A stretch of DNA of 64,000 nt from Paraspadella gotoi (GCA_051294375.1 CM119267.1:2863631-2927630); one strand, 5' to 3'; counted from the first letter of the stretch, positions 12,888 through 24,189 are shown. Numbers and translations are program-made. The notes: generated by a model from the sequence alone, not told the origin.

Positions 12888-15800
12888 ATGTCGACGACTT
12901 CCTGTCCTCTCTGCTCTCGGTCTTACCCAGCCGGGATTCCCTCCAAGCACCTTCCACCTCCCCCCGCGGACTGCGCCGCCTGTCGGTCCTTCGCCGACGC
13001 CCTAGATCGCCTGGCGATCAATTCGAAGCTGATCTCCGAGGACAAAGACGACTTCGTACCCTGCCTCCTTCACATGGATGACGACGGAATTCTCAAGCGG
13101 CACTTGGACACCAGACACCGATGTCACTTGTGCCTTGAGAACTGCTTCGTTTTTTTCCTGGATCCCAAGAGGCTTAATGACCATGTCAATTTGCACTTTG
13201 CCGAGAGAAAGAACGGCGGAGATTCGGCGTCTAAACATTCGGAAAATCCAAGATCCTCGTCCTTCTCTCCCTCTGTCACGCCTCAAAAACAAAAACGTCC
13301 GGCTCTTTGGCCAGCTGCGGAAAAACACTCGGTTCCTTATCGAAAAAATCCGTGTAGCAATACCGGTACATCTCGTGTTTCTTCTCATAAGACTGCGTCG
13401 AAACGGCTTTCTCCAGATCCCCGGCATTCCCATCGATCAGAGCCATCGACGTCCTCGTCGCCCACTTTGTCTCGGTCGCGGTCGACAACGCCAAGGAAGA
13501 GGCCACCTTCCATTTCTATGAAGACGCCGCCTGTGCGTAACAAATCGCCGCCGTCGAAATCTTCAAAAACGACCCCAACTTTATCGATCCACCCTTCGCG
13601 GGAAAGCTACTCTCAGACACCGCCATCGACAAAAGAGACCACTCCCACGTCGTCCCCGTCCATATTAAAAACGCCCCCTATTTCAATCTCTCGCCATGCA
13701 GACTGTGCTATTTGCGACGATGCCGTCTACGCAAGCTACGTCCAGTGGCCGGAGTGCAAATCTTGCCGCGGCTATTTTGATGCCTGCTCCTTCTTACGTC
13801 ATAAGCAAGAGATGAATTTCGACCAAAGGATGCATTTTCCTTGCGAGAATCACGACGCCCGGATTCTGGACGCCGTCGCCGCCCACATACGCGAAAGTCA
13901 CGAGTGTCATATTTGTAGAACCTCTCTCCGCAAATTCCAATATTTCAAAAGTCCCTTCGATCTCGCACTCCATCTTTCGGAATTTCACGGCGAGGATTTT
14001 CCGACGCCGCAGCGAAGGAGACATCCTCGATCCTCCCTGGAAAAAAACTCCAACCCCTCATTCGAGAGATCTTCTTCTTCCTCGTCATTTGAACTCGGCA
14101 TCGCGTTAGACGGGTCCAGTCCCACGTCGTCAGTGGATGACGGACCTCGTCGATTGGAGGACGTGGAGGAGAATATTCAGGAGATCGCCTTCAACGAAGC
14201 AGAAAAGAGCGTTGCCGTCATGGAGATGGGAGACTCGTCGTCGTCGAATAAACCGTTCCATTCTATCGTCAAGAATCTAAAGCGGCTCTTGGCACCAGGA
14301 GCTCTGGATCCGTTCTTAGTGCGGTACGCCGCAGTGGATGGATTTTTTCCGGTCAAGGCGCTTCGTTTTAAAGGCGTGGCCCGTAACGTCGAGCTCATCG
14401 TCGAAGCGGTTGAGAATTGCCGAGAGTTTGAACTGAATGAGGACAAGACGATGCTGAGGTGGAAACGCGGCGACGGTGGCGCTCCAGGAGCAGGTGTCCG
14501 TGGAGGAGCAGGTAACGCTTCGTGCGGCGGCGGCAGGGGTCCAAACATTTCTAAAGTTAAGGACAATAAAACCGGGAAAAAAAACTACGAAGTCCAAAAA
14601 CCTTTTTCTACTCATGAGCAAACTCCCAAAATCAGAAATGTAATCACTAATGACCAAAAAAAGCGTGAGTCATTTGCAAAAAGCGAAGATGTAGAAAATA
14701 ACAAATCAAAATCGAAGGAATCTGAGAACAACGAGCGACAATTGGACCAATCGAGGAGCGACAATGTCCCCGACGGTTCTCGAAAAGAAAATTCCACTGA
14801 AATCGTTCGACAAAAAAGTGAAAATAAAAAACAAAGAAAAAAACGAAAAAATTCCAGAAAATACCGACGCGGAAGTGGAAACTTGAGAAGCGAAACGAGT
14901 TCTAAAAAGTCTCAATCGAAAACTGATTCATCGTCGGTCAATGTTAAAATAAGATATCACGACGAGAAAGGTCCAAAGTTCAACTCCGAAGAAACTGATT
15001 CATCGAAAGAGCGTTACGCTCCCGGAGATCATCCCGGACGCCGACGTAAAAAATCTCTACCCCTAATCGAAGATCCTAAGATTAAACCGACGGCAGAGGG
15101 AATCGAATCTCAGTTGGCAACGAGCTTGAAATCAAATGAAATCCATGAAAATCCTCAGAACTTTTCGGAATCTCAAAAAGTTAATTTGATTGTTGAAGAG
15201 AGTAATGAAAAAAACACTGACGAAAAAGTTTGCGGGAAATATGAAACGAATGAGAAAACTGTTCATTTGTCAGTAATCGACTCTTTACAATTTGATGCTA
15301 ATGAAGCTCGAAATTCCACTAAATTGACTAATATAGAGAATGATGAAATTGTGAATGATGAATTGTTTAATTTAGAAATCGTTAAACTTTTAGACGAAGT
15401 GTTAACAAAGGTTGATCTAATAGAAGCATCGCGCATATGCCTTTCAAAAGACAAACCGAGTTCGAGAAGGAAAGTTTCTCTCACAGTATTTGACGAAAAT
15501 GAGCTTACCCGAAATAATGCGGAAGAACCGGAGGTTCTCACTATGAGCAAAGTCCCGCGAATGGGTGACGTCGTCCTGGTTGATATTGTTTTTCCTGAGG
15601 ACAAATATTGCAAGCTATGCGAAATTCTTTTCGACGACGAGATGCAATATAAAAGTCATACTGCGTCGACGCACCTAAAGACATGGGCCTGCGAACTTTG
15701 CGGGGCTGAGTTCAATGTGAATAAACATTATCATGATCACTCTATGGTTTGTGGCAAACCACAAGACGAGAACAGTTTGGCCGATACTCAACCACCCGTA

Positions 15801-17792
15801 ATCGTAAAACAAGAATGTCCCGTCAAGCTGAAAATCAATATGAAAAATAAGACTGTTACCAACATCAGGACCTACTTGGGCGAGGTTCACTTTTGCCACT
15901 GCAAGCTCGAGTTCCCCTCGTTAGCCCAGCTGCGAAGACACCAGAAAAGAGTTCACGATGCTAAACTTTTCAGCTGCCGTCTTTGTCGAAAGAGGTTCCA
16001 TTCGGAAAACCAGTGTCGTCGTCATTTACGGAAGAAACACGATGAGGATTCCGAGACGTTTGTGCAACGATTGGTCGACACCTTCTTTCAATGCTGTGAG
16101 TGCGACGAAGTTGTTCTTCTCAGAAAGTTCCGACGGCACAAGAAACGTGATTGCGAGATGGCCAAACCAATCGAGAATAAATGCGTTGCCGTGCCCATTG
16201 ACACTCCGGCCAAATCCAACTCGGGATACCGATTGAAAATTGGGATCTCACGAATTCTTCGCATGAGACATAAGCATTTGGCTTGGATCAGACGACGAAA
16301 AAAAGAGAAAAATATAGACGTGAACGAGAAAGAAAATACTGACCCCGAAAAAGGGGATGATATTCCGTCGACGGAGATTAAATCGGAAGTTATTTTGGGT
16401 AAACTTAATGTTCATACTCATTCTGATGAAACTGTAGAAAATGATACGGTCAAGTTTGAAGAGACAGTAAGTGATTATGAGATCGTCGACGAAGATGTTG
16501 GCGAGAACTATGTCACCGACATCTCTCTCACTTTGTGTGAATCGCACGACGCCCTCGATGAATCAACAAACGATTATCCAGCTGAACAGAATAACTCATC
16601 CGAATTTTCGTCTGTTTCATATCAAATCTGCGAAAAATCTATCTCGAGCACTAATTCGCCATCGAAAGTGAAAAAGGCCGGAAAGAACGTGAAAAAGAAA
16701 TCTCTCCAGAAGCATAGTAAGAAAATAGACCCACCTCTCCATTCAAATTTTCAATCTAATAAAAAGATTACTAATATTGAATCCTGCCCAGCTTGCCCAC
16801 AAACTTTCAACAATAGTTTCCAACTGAAAATTCACTTTAGATCTGCGCACCTTAATTTGAAGACCGTGTGCTTAATGTGCAAAAGAACCTTTGAATCTCA
16901 GGCAAAATTTGAAGATCACAGCGCAGCTTCTCACGGAAGTCAAGCTGTATGCAATTCGCAACAAAATCCCATAAATGCAATTGCAATAAAATTGCAAGGA
17001 TCAGACGTTTATCGCTGTTCTCTTTGCGGTTTCAACAACTCTGGCATTAACCAAGTGATTCAGCACCATAAAAACTGTCACAATGAAATTTCAAATCCAT
17101 CACAGACTCCACCAGCAACTGCATCAAATCAGCAAAATGATATTGTAAACGAACAAAATTTACCTGTAATTCCCTCCAATTCTGCGCCAGTTGTCCGAAA
17201 TCAAAAGTCTCTAACAACCGACGAATCTCCATCACCAATTAATCAATCGCCAAGTATCAACCAAACTATAACTGAGGCTAATTCACCAATCCCATGTCCA
17301 GTAATTCGCATTTTTCCTTATCCATGGCTCGAGTCGTCATCGGCCCCAACTATCTGCTACATTTGCCGAATTCAAATTGCGTTGAAAGACTTGCTTCCTC
17401 ACCTTTATCTGTTCCACTTAGGATCTGCCGTAGTTTGTCGAATTTGTGGCCATCGTTTGGATTCTTGCTACAAGGAAGTAGCTCTCAATCACCTTCACCA
17501 ATACCATTGTGGCGGAATTGAATCCGATTCACTAATGAACAATTTCTTTTTTGTCAAACTACCAAAGCCGCTCGAAACTGTTAGGGCTGTAGCGAATCAA
17601 ATTGTCTGCATTGCTTGCAAGGATATCGTGTTGAATTTATCCGAGATGGAGCAGAAATTTTTTTCCATCGTCCAGCACTTCCAGGCTTGTCCGAAGAAAG
17701 AGGTGGTGAAAAAAAAATTACGCAAAGTGATCACTCCCAATTTAACTAAAGGCAGCATCACTTCTAAAAGTAAGAAAAAATGTGTGTTATAG
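12888..17792 (+). CDS. 1634-aa multi C2H2-type zinc-finger protein with an internal La motif-like domain and RGG-like segment; single coding exon
   Basis: Uninterrupted ORF; fingers such as CKLCEILFDDEMQYKSHTASTH, CRLCRKRFHSENQCRRHLRKKH, CPACPQTFNNSFQLKIHFRSAH; LaM-like DPFL..DGFFPV..NVELIVEAV..FELNEDKTMLRW; splice acceptor TTCTCAG 21 nt before the ATG. Confidence 0.9.
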   Translation: MSTTSCPLCSRSYPAGIPSKHLPPPPADCAACRSFADALDRLAINSKLISEDKDDFVPCLLHMDDDGILKRHLDTRHRCHLCLENCFVFFLDPKRLNDHVNLHFAERKNGGDSASKHSENPRSSSFSPSVTPQKQKRPALWPAAEKHSVPYRKNPCSNTGTSRVSSHKTASKRLSPDPRHSHRSEPSTSSSPTLSRSRSTTPRKRPPSISMKTPPVRNKSPPSKSSKTTPTLSIHPSRESYSQTPPSTKETTPTSSPSILKTPPISISRHADCAICDDAVYASYVQWPECKSCRGYFDACSFLRHKQEMNFDQRMHFPCENHDARILDAVAAHIRESHECHICRTSLRKFQYFKSPFDLALHLSEFHGEDFPTPQRRRHPRSSLEKNSNPSFERSSSSSSFELGIALDGSSPTSSVDDGPRRLEDVEENIQEIAFNEAEKSVAVMEMGDSSSSNKPFHSIVKNLKRLLAPGALDPFLVRYAAVDGFFPVKALRFKGVARNVELIVEAVENCREFELNEDKTMLRWKRGDGGAPGAGVRGGAGNASCGGGRGPNISKVKDNKTGKKNYEVQKPFSTHEQTPKIRNVITNDQKKRESFAKSEDVENNKSKSKESENNERQLDQSRSDNVPDGSRKENSTEIVRQKSENKKQRKKRKNSRKYRRGSGNLRSETSSKKSQSKTDSSSVNVKIRYHDEKGPKFNSEETDSSKERYAPGDHPGRRRKKSLPLIEDPKIKPTAEGIESQLATSLKSNEIHENPQNFSESQKVNLIVEESNEKNTDEKVCGKYETNEKTVHLSVIDSLQFDANEARNSTKLTNIENDEIVNDELFNLEIVKLLDEVLTKVDLIEASRICLSKDKPSSRRKVSLTVFDENELTRNNAEEPEVLTMSKVPRMGDVVLVDIVFPEDKYCKLCEILFDDEMQYKSHTASTHLKTWACELCGAEFNVNKHYHDHSMVCGKPQDENSLADTQPPVIVKQECPVKLKINMKNKTVTNIRTYLGEVHFCHCKLEFPSLAQLRRHQKRVHDAKLFSCRLCRKRFHSENQCRRHLRKKHDEDSETFVQRLVDTFFQCCECDEVVLLRKFRRHKKRDCEMAKPIENKCVAVPIDTPAKSNSGYRLKIGISRILRMRHKHLAWIRRRKKEKNIDVNEKENTDPEKGDDIPSTEIKSEVILGKLNVHTHSDETVENDTVKFEETVSDYEIVDEDVGENYVTDISLTLCESHDALDESTNDYPAEQNNSSEFSSVSYQICEKSISSTNSPSKVKKAGKNVKKKSLQKHSKKIDPPLHSNFQSNKKITNIESCPACPQTFNNSFQLKIHFRSAHLNLKTVCLMCKRTFESQAKFEDHSAASHGSQAVCNSQQNPINAIAIKLQGSDVYRCSLCGFNNSGINQVIQHHKNCHNEISNPSQTPPATASNQQNDIVNEQNLPVIPSNSAPVVRNQKSLTTDESPSPINQSPSINQTITEANSPIPCPVIRIFPYPWLESSSAPTICYICRIQIALKDLLPHLYLFHLGSAVVCRICGHRLDSCYKEVALNHLHQYHCGGIESDSLMNNFFFVKLPKPLETVRAVANQIVCIACKDIVLNLSEMEQKFFSIVQHFQACPKKEVVKKKLRKVITPNLTKGSITSKSKKKCVL

Positions 17793-18483
17793 CTTTTTGT
17801 TTGCAGACTAATTTTTTAGTCGTATTTTGATATAACAATTGATAGAGAACACAAAGTTTGTTTTTGTTTACAAAACATGAATTTTACTTTTTAAACGGAC
17901 ATGTTCTATTTTGAGCTCTTTCTTTCTTGTTTTTCACTTTTTTTCTTTTTATGTCTCACTATTACTAATATATTTTATACTTCTATTTCACTCTTTAAAC
18001 ACTCTTTTAGTTTTTCCATTTACTATTGTTGTACATTGCCTAAATGTATTGCTTTCTCCAAACATTGTTCCCTACTTCAAATGAACTTGCTTCGTTTCTC
18101 TTCACTCTCTCTCTTTCTCTCCTATCCTTTCCTTCAACTGTCCTCACCCTCAACACTATACTCAATTCTTTGTTGGACGCTTTCTCTCTCCCTCTCTCCC
18201 TCCCCCTCTCTCTCTCCCTTCATCATAATGTTTGGCAAAATTTTTAATAAATTCGCATTGCGCTGGTGAAGACTAGATAAAGAGTTGAAACCTCTCCGTT
18301 TAAAAAATAAAATTAGTTGTTTGTAAACAAAAACAAACTTGGTTTTCTCTCTTAATTTAAAACGCAACGAAACGAAAGTCCTTTCACTATGATATAACAT
18401 TTATGAACTTATAAAGATTCCATGCTAAATTAGTTACTTTTAAATTCAACTATTCTCTAATAACTTCTCTTTTTTCCTTTTAG

Positions 18484-19268
18484 CTTGGTACAAACTTCCC
18501 TCTGAATCTCTTGCTCGTGCAGCGGAGTCTCCGTCCTTCAGCTCATGTACTCGTTCTTCCAGTTCAAACGATGCGACGATTTCTCTTTCCAATTCATTGA
18601 AGTTGACTACAAACACCACTTTAGCGTCCACGCGTTGGAACCACTCGTCCTCACATGCTCCACTTCCCATTCATTCAAGGAAGGACGATGAATATTCGTC
18701 CGGCTACGCGTCCTCCAGCGCCAGTTCTCCTTCGAATGGTGGCCCAATTAATATTTCCCCCCGTGGAGAAGCCTCACCGGCCTCTCGATCGTTGACGATT
18801 AGAGGCTCTCCTTCTCGCTCCACTCTCGACACCCTCGAGCATTCCTCCGTTTTCCGAAACCTCAATGACGAATTTACTCGATCTTCCACGTCCGGTTCTC
18901 CGTTGACCGCCGGCCCCACCGTCGCCGCAACCGGCATTTCCACGACGTCTTCTAAGTTCGAGTGCAGCGCCTGCGACGAGACGTTCGCCGATTCTGACGC
19001 ATACGCTCGTCACTTTCTCGAGATAGAGCTTCCCTTTTTTGGACCGGAACTTCTCTCGTGCGACTTTTGTATCGATGATCAAAGAAGGACCATTCGCTTC
19101 TCTTCGAAAGCGGAGAAACTGAGACACGTAATGCGAGAACATGCCTTTGTGGAGTCGACGAGGTGCTGCGAGGCAGACTTTTGGACGTTGCATGATTTCG
19201 AGCAACACAAGCAAACTATGCATCAGACTGAAGAGGACGACGAAGACGAAATTATTGTTATTGATTAG
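18484..19268 (+). CDS. Terminal exon encoding Ser-rich region, three C2H2-like fingers and acidic/SIM-like C-terminus; start not identified
   Basis: Frame open from polypyrimidine acceptor TTTTAG (18483) to TAG 19268; CSAC..H, CDFC..HVMREH, CCEADF..HKQTMH; no in-frame ATG before the fingers. Confidence 0.75.
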
Positions 19269-19900
19269 AATAAGGGTGTTGACAAATTTTCTCTAATCGC
19301 TGGTCCGATCTGGTAGTTTAGACGTTTTACTTGTGATTCTGTAATGTTTTTCGTTTAATTGATTATCATATCATGATTATAATTATGATTGAATTAATTT
19401 ATATTGATTTTAAAAACTTTGGCCTAAAAACAAAAAATATATATATAATTTATTACAAATAACTAAAGGTTGTGACTTTTTTGAAGTTACTAGTTAGTAA
19501 TATTTGGTAAATAAAGAATTTAAATATTTTCTGGTTACCGAGAGAGCTCAAAGCTCATAAGTTTATTTGGAAAACCAGATTAACTACTAAAACTTTCAGT
19601 CTATCACTCTATGGCCATCTCAGGGAAATCGCCTTGACCTCCGCCGTCTGGGTTGAGAGTATCTCGTAATCGTTGAATGGTCAGACTCAGAGGCGTAACT
19701 ATGCCGAATCGAGTTGAATCTTATACAAAACTGGGGATTCTACCTTGATAATGATAACTGCCGATAAATTATTGTCTATTAAAAGTTGTCTAACAAAATT
19801 ATTAGCTAATTCTAAGTGAGGCGATATCAAAAAGCCTTTCCGTGTTAATTAGTTTTTCTAGTAATTTTTACTTGTATTACGGTACTTATTGTAAAAAAAG

Positions 19901-20822
19901 TTTTTATTTCGCCAGACGGGCTAAGGACCGTCTTGGGCGAGATCTTGGTTCGCTTCTGCTTCTTTGTAACCGTCGTCGTCGTCGTGACACTTTTTAATAA
20001 TTAAAAATAGTAAAAGTGTATAACCATAAAAAGTTAAAAATTTAAATTTAGTTTTTCATCATAAAGGTATTTTAAGTTTTATTTTAATATTTAAGATTTG
20101 TTTATATTTTATTTACAAAATAATTATATTTATTTTTTATATAAAAACTATTATGATTGATTCTTGTAAAAGTATAATATCATAAGAATTTTAAAAATTA
20201 GATGTGGCTTTTCATTATTGAGTTTTTTTAAATTGTTTCATATTGTTTGTTTATAAAATAATTTTTATATAAAAAAACGTTTTAATAATATATCGCTTTT
20301 TCTCTCTCGCTCTTTTAATTATATATCGTTCTGTTTTTTTCCATCACTGTCTCTTCTGATTCGTCTAAAAACTAATTTAGTTCTGCAGCGGTTGGTCTTC
20401 TTTTTGTCTTTCTTTTTTTCTCTCATTTTTATATACATTTGTTTATTTTATTTACGATGAATGATTCATCCCGCCAATGAATGACTTGATTATCATCGCA
20501 TCAATCATTTGGTTATTATCGTATTAATCATTTGGTTATATCACATCAATCATTTGGTAATTATTGTATCAATCATTTGGTTATCAATCAATTATTATTA
20601 CATCAATAAATTATTATTACATCAATAAATTATTATTACATAAATAAATTATTATTACATAAATAAATTACTATTATATCAATCCATTACTATTATATCA
20701 ATCAATTTCAATTACATTATTAATTTATCGCATCAATCATTCATTTTTTTCTGGATTTTTTTATTAATTTTCTTTGATAGTAACGTCTGGCGAGATCACT
20801 ATATATATATACTTTTAAGATT
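19901..20822 (+). mobile_element. HINE-like element, family B
   Basis: 5' subTIR TCGCCAGACG with adjacent inverted partner CCGTCTTGGGCGA, (CGT)n microsatellite, internal ~18-bp tandem repeats (20500-20710), 3' subTIR CGTCTGGCGA at 20784; T-rich flanks. Confidence 0.7.
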
Positions 20823-20977
20823 TTTAAAATTATTTTAAAATTAAAAAAGTTGTATTCACAACAGTATTTTAAAATTTTGATCGGGACAAAAGTAAAAAAA
20901 AATGCATCAAAATGTTTTATATTTCCTTTTGGAAATCGGAAAAGGAAAGGAAAGACGATGATACTGAAGAGACAGTG

Positions 20978-21165
20978 ATTATTATTATGTGTTAGTGACA
21001 GAACCGTTCAATATAAGCAGTCCCTGAGCTTCGGATCAGGCTGTAACACTGTGTTAAGGCGGGTTAAGCGCCCCGTCCCTCTTAACTGCTAGGCGACCAC
21101 CGGGCTAGAACCCCGGACCTTTGGGTTGGGAGGCGAATGACTTGCCTGGCCACTGATGAGCGGTT
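20978..21165 (-). mobile_element. tRNA-derived SINE-like element
   Basis: Minus strand has tRNA-like head ...TCGCCTCCCAACCCAAAGGTCCGG with B-box-like GGTTCTAGCCC (21102-21112), GC-rich body, (TAA)n tail. Confidence 0.55.
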
Positions 21166-21262
21166 AGTGGATTTTCGTCCACCATTATACGTTCTTTCTT
21201 AAACTTTAACTAGTTTTAAATCTGTATTATTTTTATAAATTGATCGAGTGTCAAAATTCAAC

Positions 21263-21298
<36 letters not shown>

Positions 21299-22554
21299 AC
21301 TCGGTGCAAAAGAGTAAATGTTAGACGCTTTTAACTTAATCTGTTCATTTTCAAACTAGCGACTTCATTACGGCCAGTCTCTCGACTTTCACGTGATAAA
21401 ATTAAAAACTCCCTCGACCTAGCTTTGTTTATTGGGATTCTCTCACCCGATCGTCACGTGATCGCGAATGCATTCTTGTGTCTCCCCTGCCCGTCCGGCT
21501 GTCGAGATAAGGAGTGCCGATTTTCGAACTCCAGTCTCCAGATCTTTTTTCGCGAAACCGAAAACAATCGACCAACCCGACTGAACGAGGTTCACGAGAT
21601 GAAAAATTCTTCTTTTTTTTCAACGAATTCCTTCGAGCGAAATATTATAATTATTATAGTAAAACCGGTGAAATCGCCATTTTTTTTTTTCAGATCTGAA
21701 ATTTGAGAAGAGTCTTTCAACTCCTAGGTTTTTGGAGTCAAATTTCTTTTCCAGAGACAATTCATTTTCCTCAACTTTTCAGTTTTACTGAATTCAATTC
21801 TCTGCTAAACCTCTTCATTGTAGTAAAGTAGTAGCTACTAATAAAGTCTCTAGACTAAACGTTCACAGGATTTTGTTGGTACAATCCACACAAAAAAAAA
21901 TTTTCCGTTCATTCAATAAATTTTCAAGCAACCTCGCTAGATTACTATTGTTATTAAGGCCTGCATCCCTCGCGAAAGATAATTAATGAAAGAATAGAGA
22001 ATTAATGAATGAATGAATAGAGAATTTTTGTACAAACAATTTCTCCTTTTGTTTCACTTTCTTAAGTTCAATGAATCGGGGGGGGGGGGATTTTTTTGGC
22101 TCCGTCCTTTTTCCCACAGTTTTAATACAAACATTGTTCTATGTTTATATCTCGAAAGCAATTTGTTTTTTGTTTTCAGATTTTTTCTCACTAATTATTT
22201 CACCCATCTTATTAAGTTTCCGGTTATATTACTTCTTATATGTGAGGAGAAGTTTGCATCGTTAAATATTGTTGAAATTTTTTTTTTATTTCATGCTTGT
22301 TGTATTTTAAATCATGTCTTTTAACTTTCTTTGATGTCCAGTATGAAGTACTAATTCCTGTTTGTTTTTTTTTTTTTCGCGCCCAGATCGTAAAGCGTGT
22401 CGGCTATCCTAAGATTCGAAATCATTTCTGCTTTTCTGTTCATGTCAACAAAAACAGAGAAGGAAAACCCCGCTCATCAAAGCCTCGAAAGAGGAACATC
22501 GGGGCGCCATCTTTTTTCTCTTATTCGTCGAAAGCTAAAACAAAGAAATGCAGA

Positions 22555-23460
22555 ATGGATCCGGCGCTAAAGAGCGAGAGCGCCGCGCCTTCAGCCCACC
22601 GACTCTTGAACGCCCTCGCCTCGTCGGCGAGCTTCGAGTGTCCTCGCTGCGACGCCCCCTTCGCTCTCGAAGAACTCGAGCCTCACTTTCGTCAACGTCA
22701 TCTTGGAGAAAGGCTCTGCTGCGCCCTTTGTCGGCAAATCGTAGACGAGGCGCTGACCGAGGTCCACTTTTCCTTCTTTCACGCGGAACGGAGTGGACCG
22801 GAAACGACGACGACCTTCCAACCGGAGCCGGATGTAGCGACCTACTGCGACGGTCTCATGTACTGCGGCGGGTGCGGCGCTGTCGTGTCGCCTCAAGGAT
22901 TTTTGCGGCATCTCGCTCTGGAGAATCGCGGGATGACTCCTTTGGGTAGTTATTACCGGCTTTTAAGTATGGAGCGACCGGAAGCGCCTCCCGCGTCGTT
23001 TTCGGCGTTCGCTTTTCTTCCTTCGCCTCCGCAGTCTTTGGAATCGAAACTGAAATCGGAAACGGACGTTGAGACGATCCCGTCCGTGGATTCGACGCCT
23101 GCTTCTCCTCTCAAGAAACAGGAAATAGAGGACGAGGCGCTGGAAAACCTGGCGGAGGAAGAAGCAGAGACGGAGGAAGCGAGCGACTCTGACGTGGAGA
23201 CTATTCCTGCCGTCGATTCGCCGTTCGTTAGGGATGAGGACGTTTTCGCTACTCCGTCGGGAGCGTGTCCCTTTTGCGGGAGAACTGGCCTGCTTACCAC
23301 GCCGCTCTACAGTCATCTCGTTAAAGAACACTTTCCGGAGGAGCGCCACAACGCCTGCCCCTTTTGTTTATATTATTTCCCGACAGGAAAATCCGCGGTA
23401 GAGCATTTGATGGTAAAGCATTTGTATGTGGACGAACAAAAGTTGGATGAAGTGCAATGA
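22555..23460 (+). CDS. 301-aa C2H2 zinc-finger protein with acidic linker
   Basis: ATG 22555 where GC content rises; CPRC..PHFRQRH, CALC..HFSFFH, CPFC..HLVKEH, CPFC..HLMVKH; duplicated DVETIP[S/A]VDS motif. Confidence 0.85.
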   Translation: MDPALKSESAAPSAHRLLNALASSASFECPRCDAPFALEELEPHFRQRHLGERLCCALCRQIVDEALTEVHFSFFHAERSGPETTTTFQPEPDVATYCDGLMYCGGCGAVVSPQGFLRHLALENRGMTPLGSYYRLLSMERPEAPPASFSAFAFLPSPPQSLESKLKSETDVETIPSVDSTPASPLKKQEIEDEALENLAEEEAETEEASDSDVETIPAVDSPFVRDEDVFATPSGACPFCGRTGLLTTPLYSHLVKEHFPEERHNACPFCLYYFPTGKSAVEHLMVKHLYVDEQKLDEVQ

Positions 23461-23930
23461 CTAACGTCTTGCATTGGAGCCTGGAAATTCAATCTTCTAT
23501 CACCGGATGAATATCGTGAGTAATAAATATATAAATTTAGCTAATATTAAAATACTTATACTAATATTAATATAATATTAAAAAATCGTATGCAGCGGAA
23601 AGATTTCAGCCTAAGGATCAAATTATCATTTCGACGAAAAAAAATTTTTTTTTAGTATTCTCAATCTATTAGTAATCAAATTAAACTGGTTTAGTTTTAC
23701 ATTCTCCGACCGAGATTTTGCGGTCGGTTATTTTTTTTTCGCTTCTTATGAGCGACGTATAGAAATATCGCTACGCAAAGATAAAAAAAGGACAGTGGTA
23801 AGGGTAGAAAAACTTTTTATTACAAATCCCTAACCACCCCTAACCCTAAATACCACTAATCTCTCACCAACCTTAACCCAATTGCTAACCTTTTAAAAAA
23901 TAAAACATAAAAGTATTGTTTTTCCTTTCC

Positions 23931-24189
23931 TTGTTTGTTTATGTACAACGAATTTTATTAAGACAATTTCAGACATGTTTCCGCTTCAATTTAAACCATC
24001 AGCGCAAAACGAATTGATTTGTGAAACAAATATTTTTATAGACTTTAAAGTTTGAAGAGAGAGAGAGTCTGAAAATATTTGTAATTTTGTTTCATAAATC
24101 AATTCGTTTTTGCGCTGATGAAAGCTTACATTGAAGCTGAAACATGTCCAAAATTTGTTTCTTTATAAAACTCGTATGTAAACAAACAA
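23931..24189. mobile_element. Inverted pair of Penelope-type terminal-repeat fragments carrying minimal hammerhead motifs
   Basis: Arms 23931-24043 (-) and 24067-24189 (+); + arm has CTGATGA-A-AGCTT-acattg-AAGCT-GAAACATGTC (24115-24148); - arm has degenerate CTGATGG..GAAACATGTC followed by AATAAA. Confidence 0.65.

Noticed and set aside
21152-21200. CTGATGAG hammerhead-like start
   Set aside because: No stem II followed by GAAA; lies in the antisense of a SINE head.
22297-22554. N-terminal 86 aa of the 387-aa ORF
   Set aside because: Non-ATG start in T-rich intron/UTR-like sequence; ATG 22555 is more plausible.
23825-23890. Interstitial telomeric repeat next to the Penelope-like arms
   Set aside because: Only about two exact CCCTAA units in degenerate C-rich sequence; such tracts are common in TE remnants.
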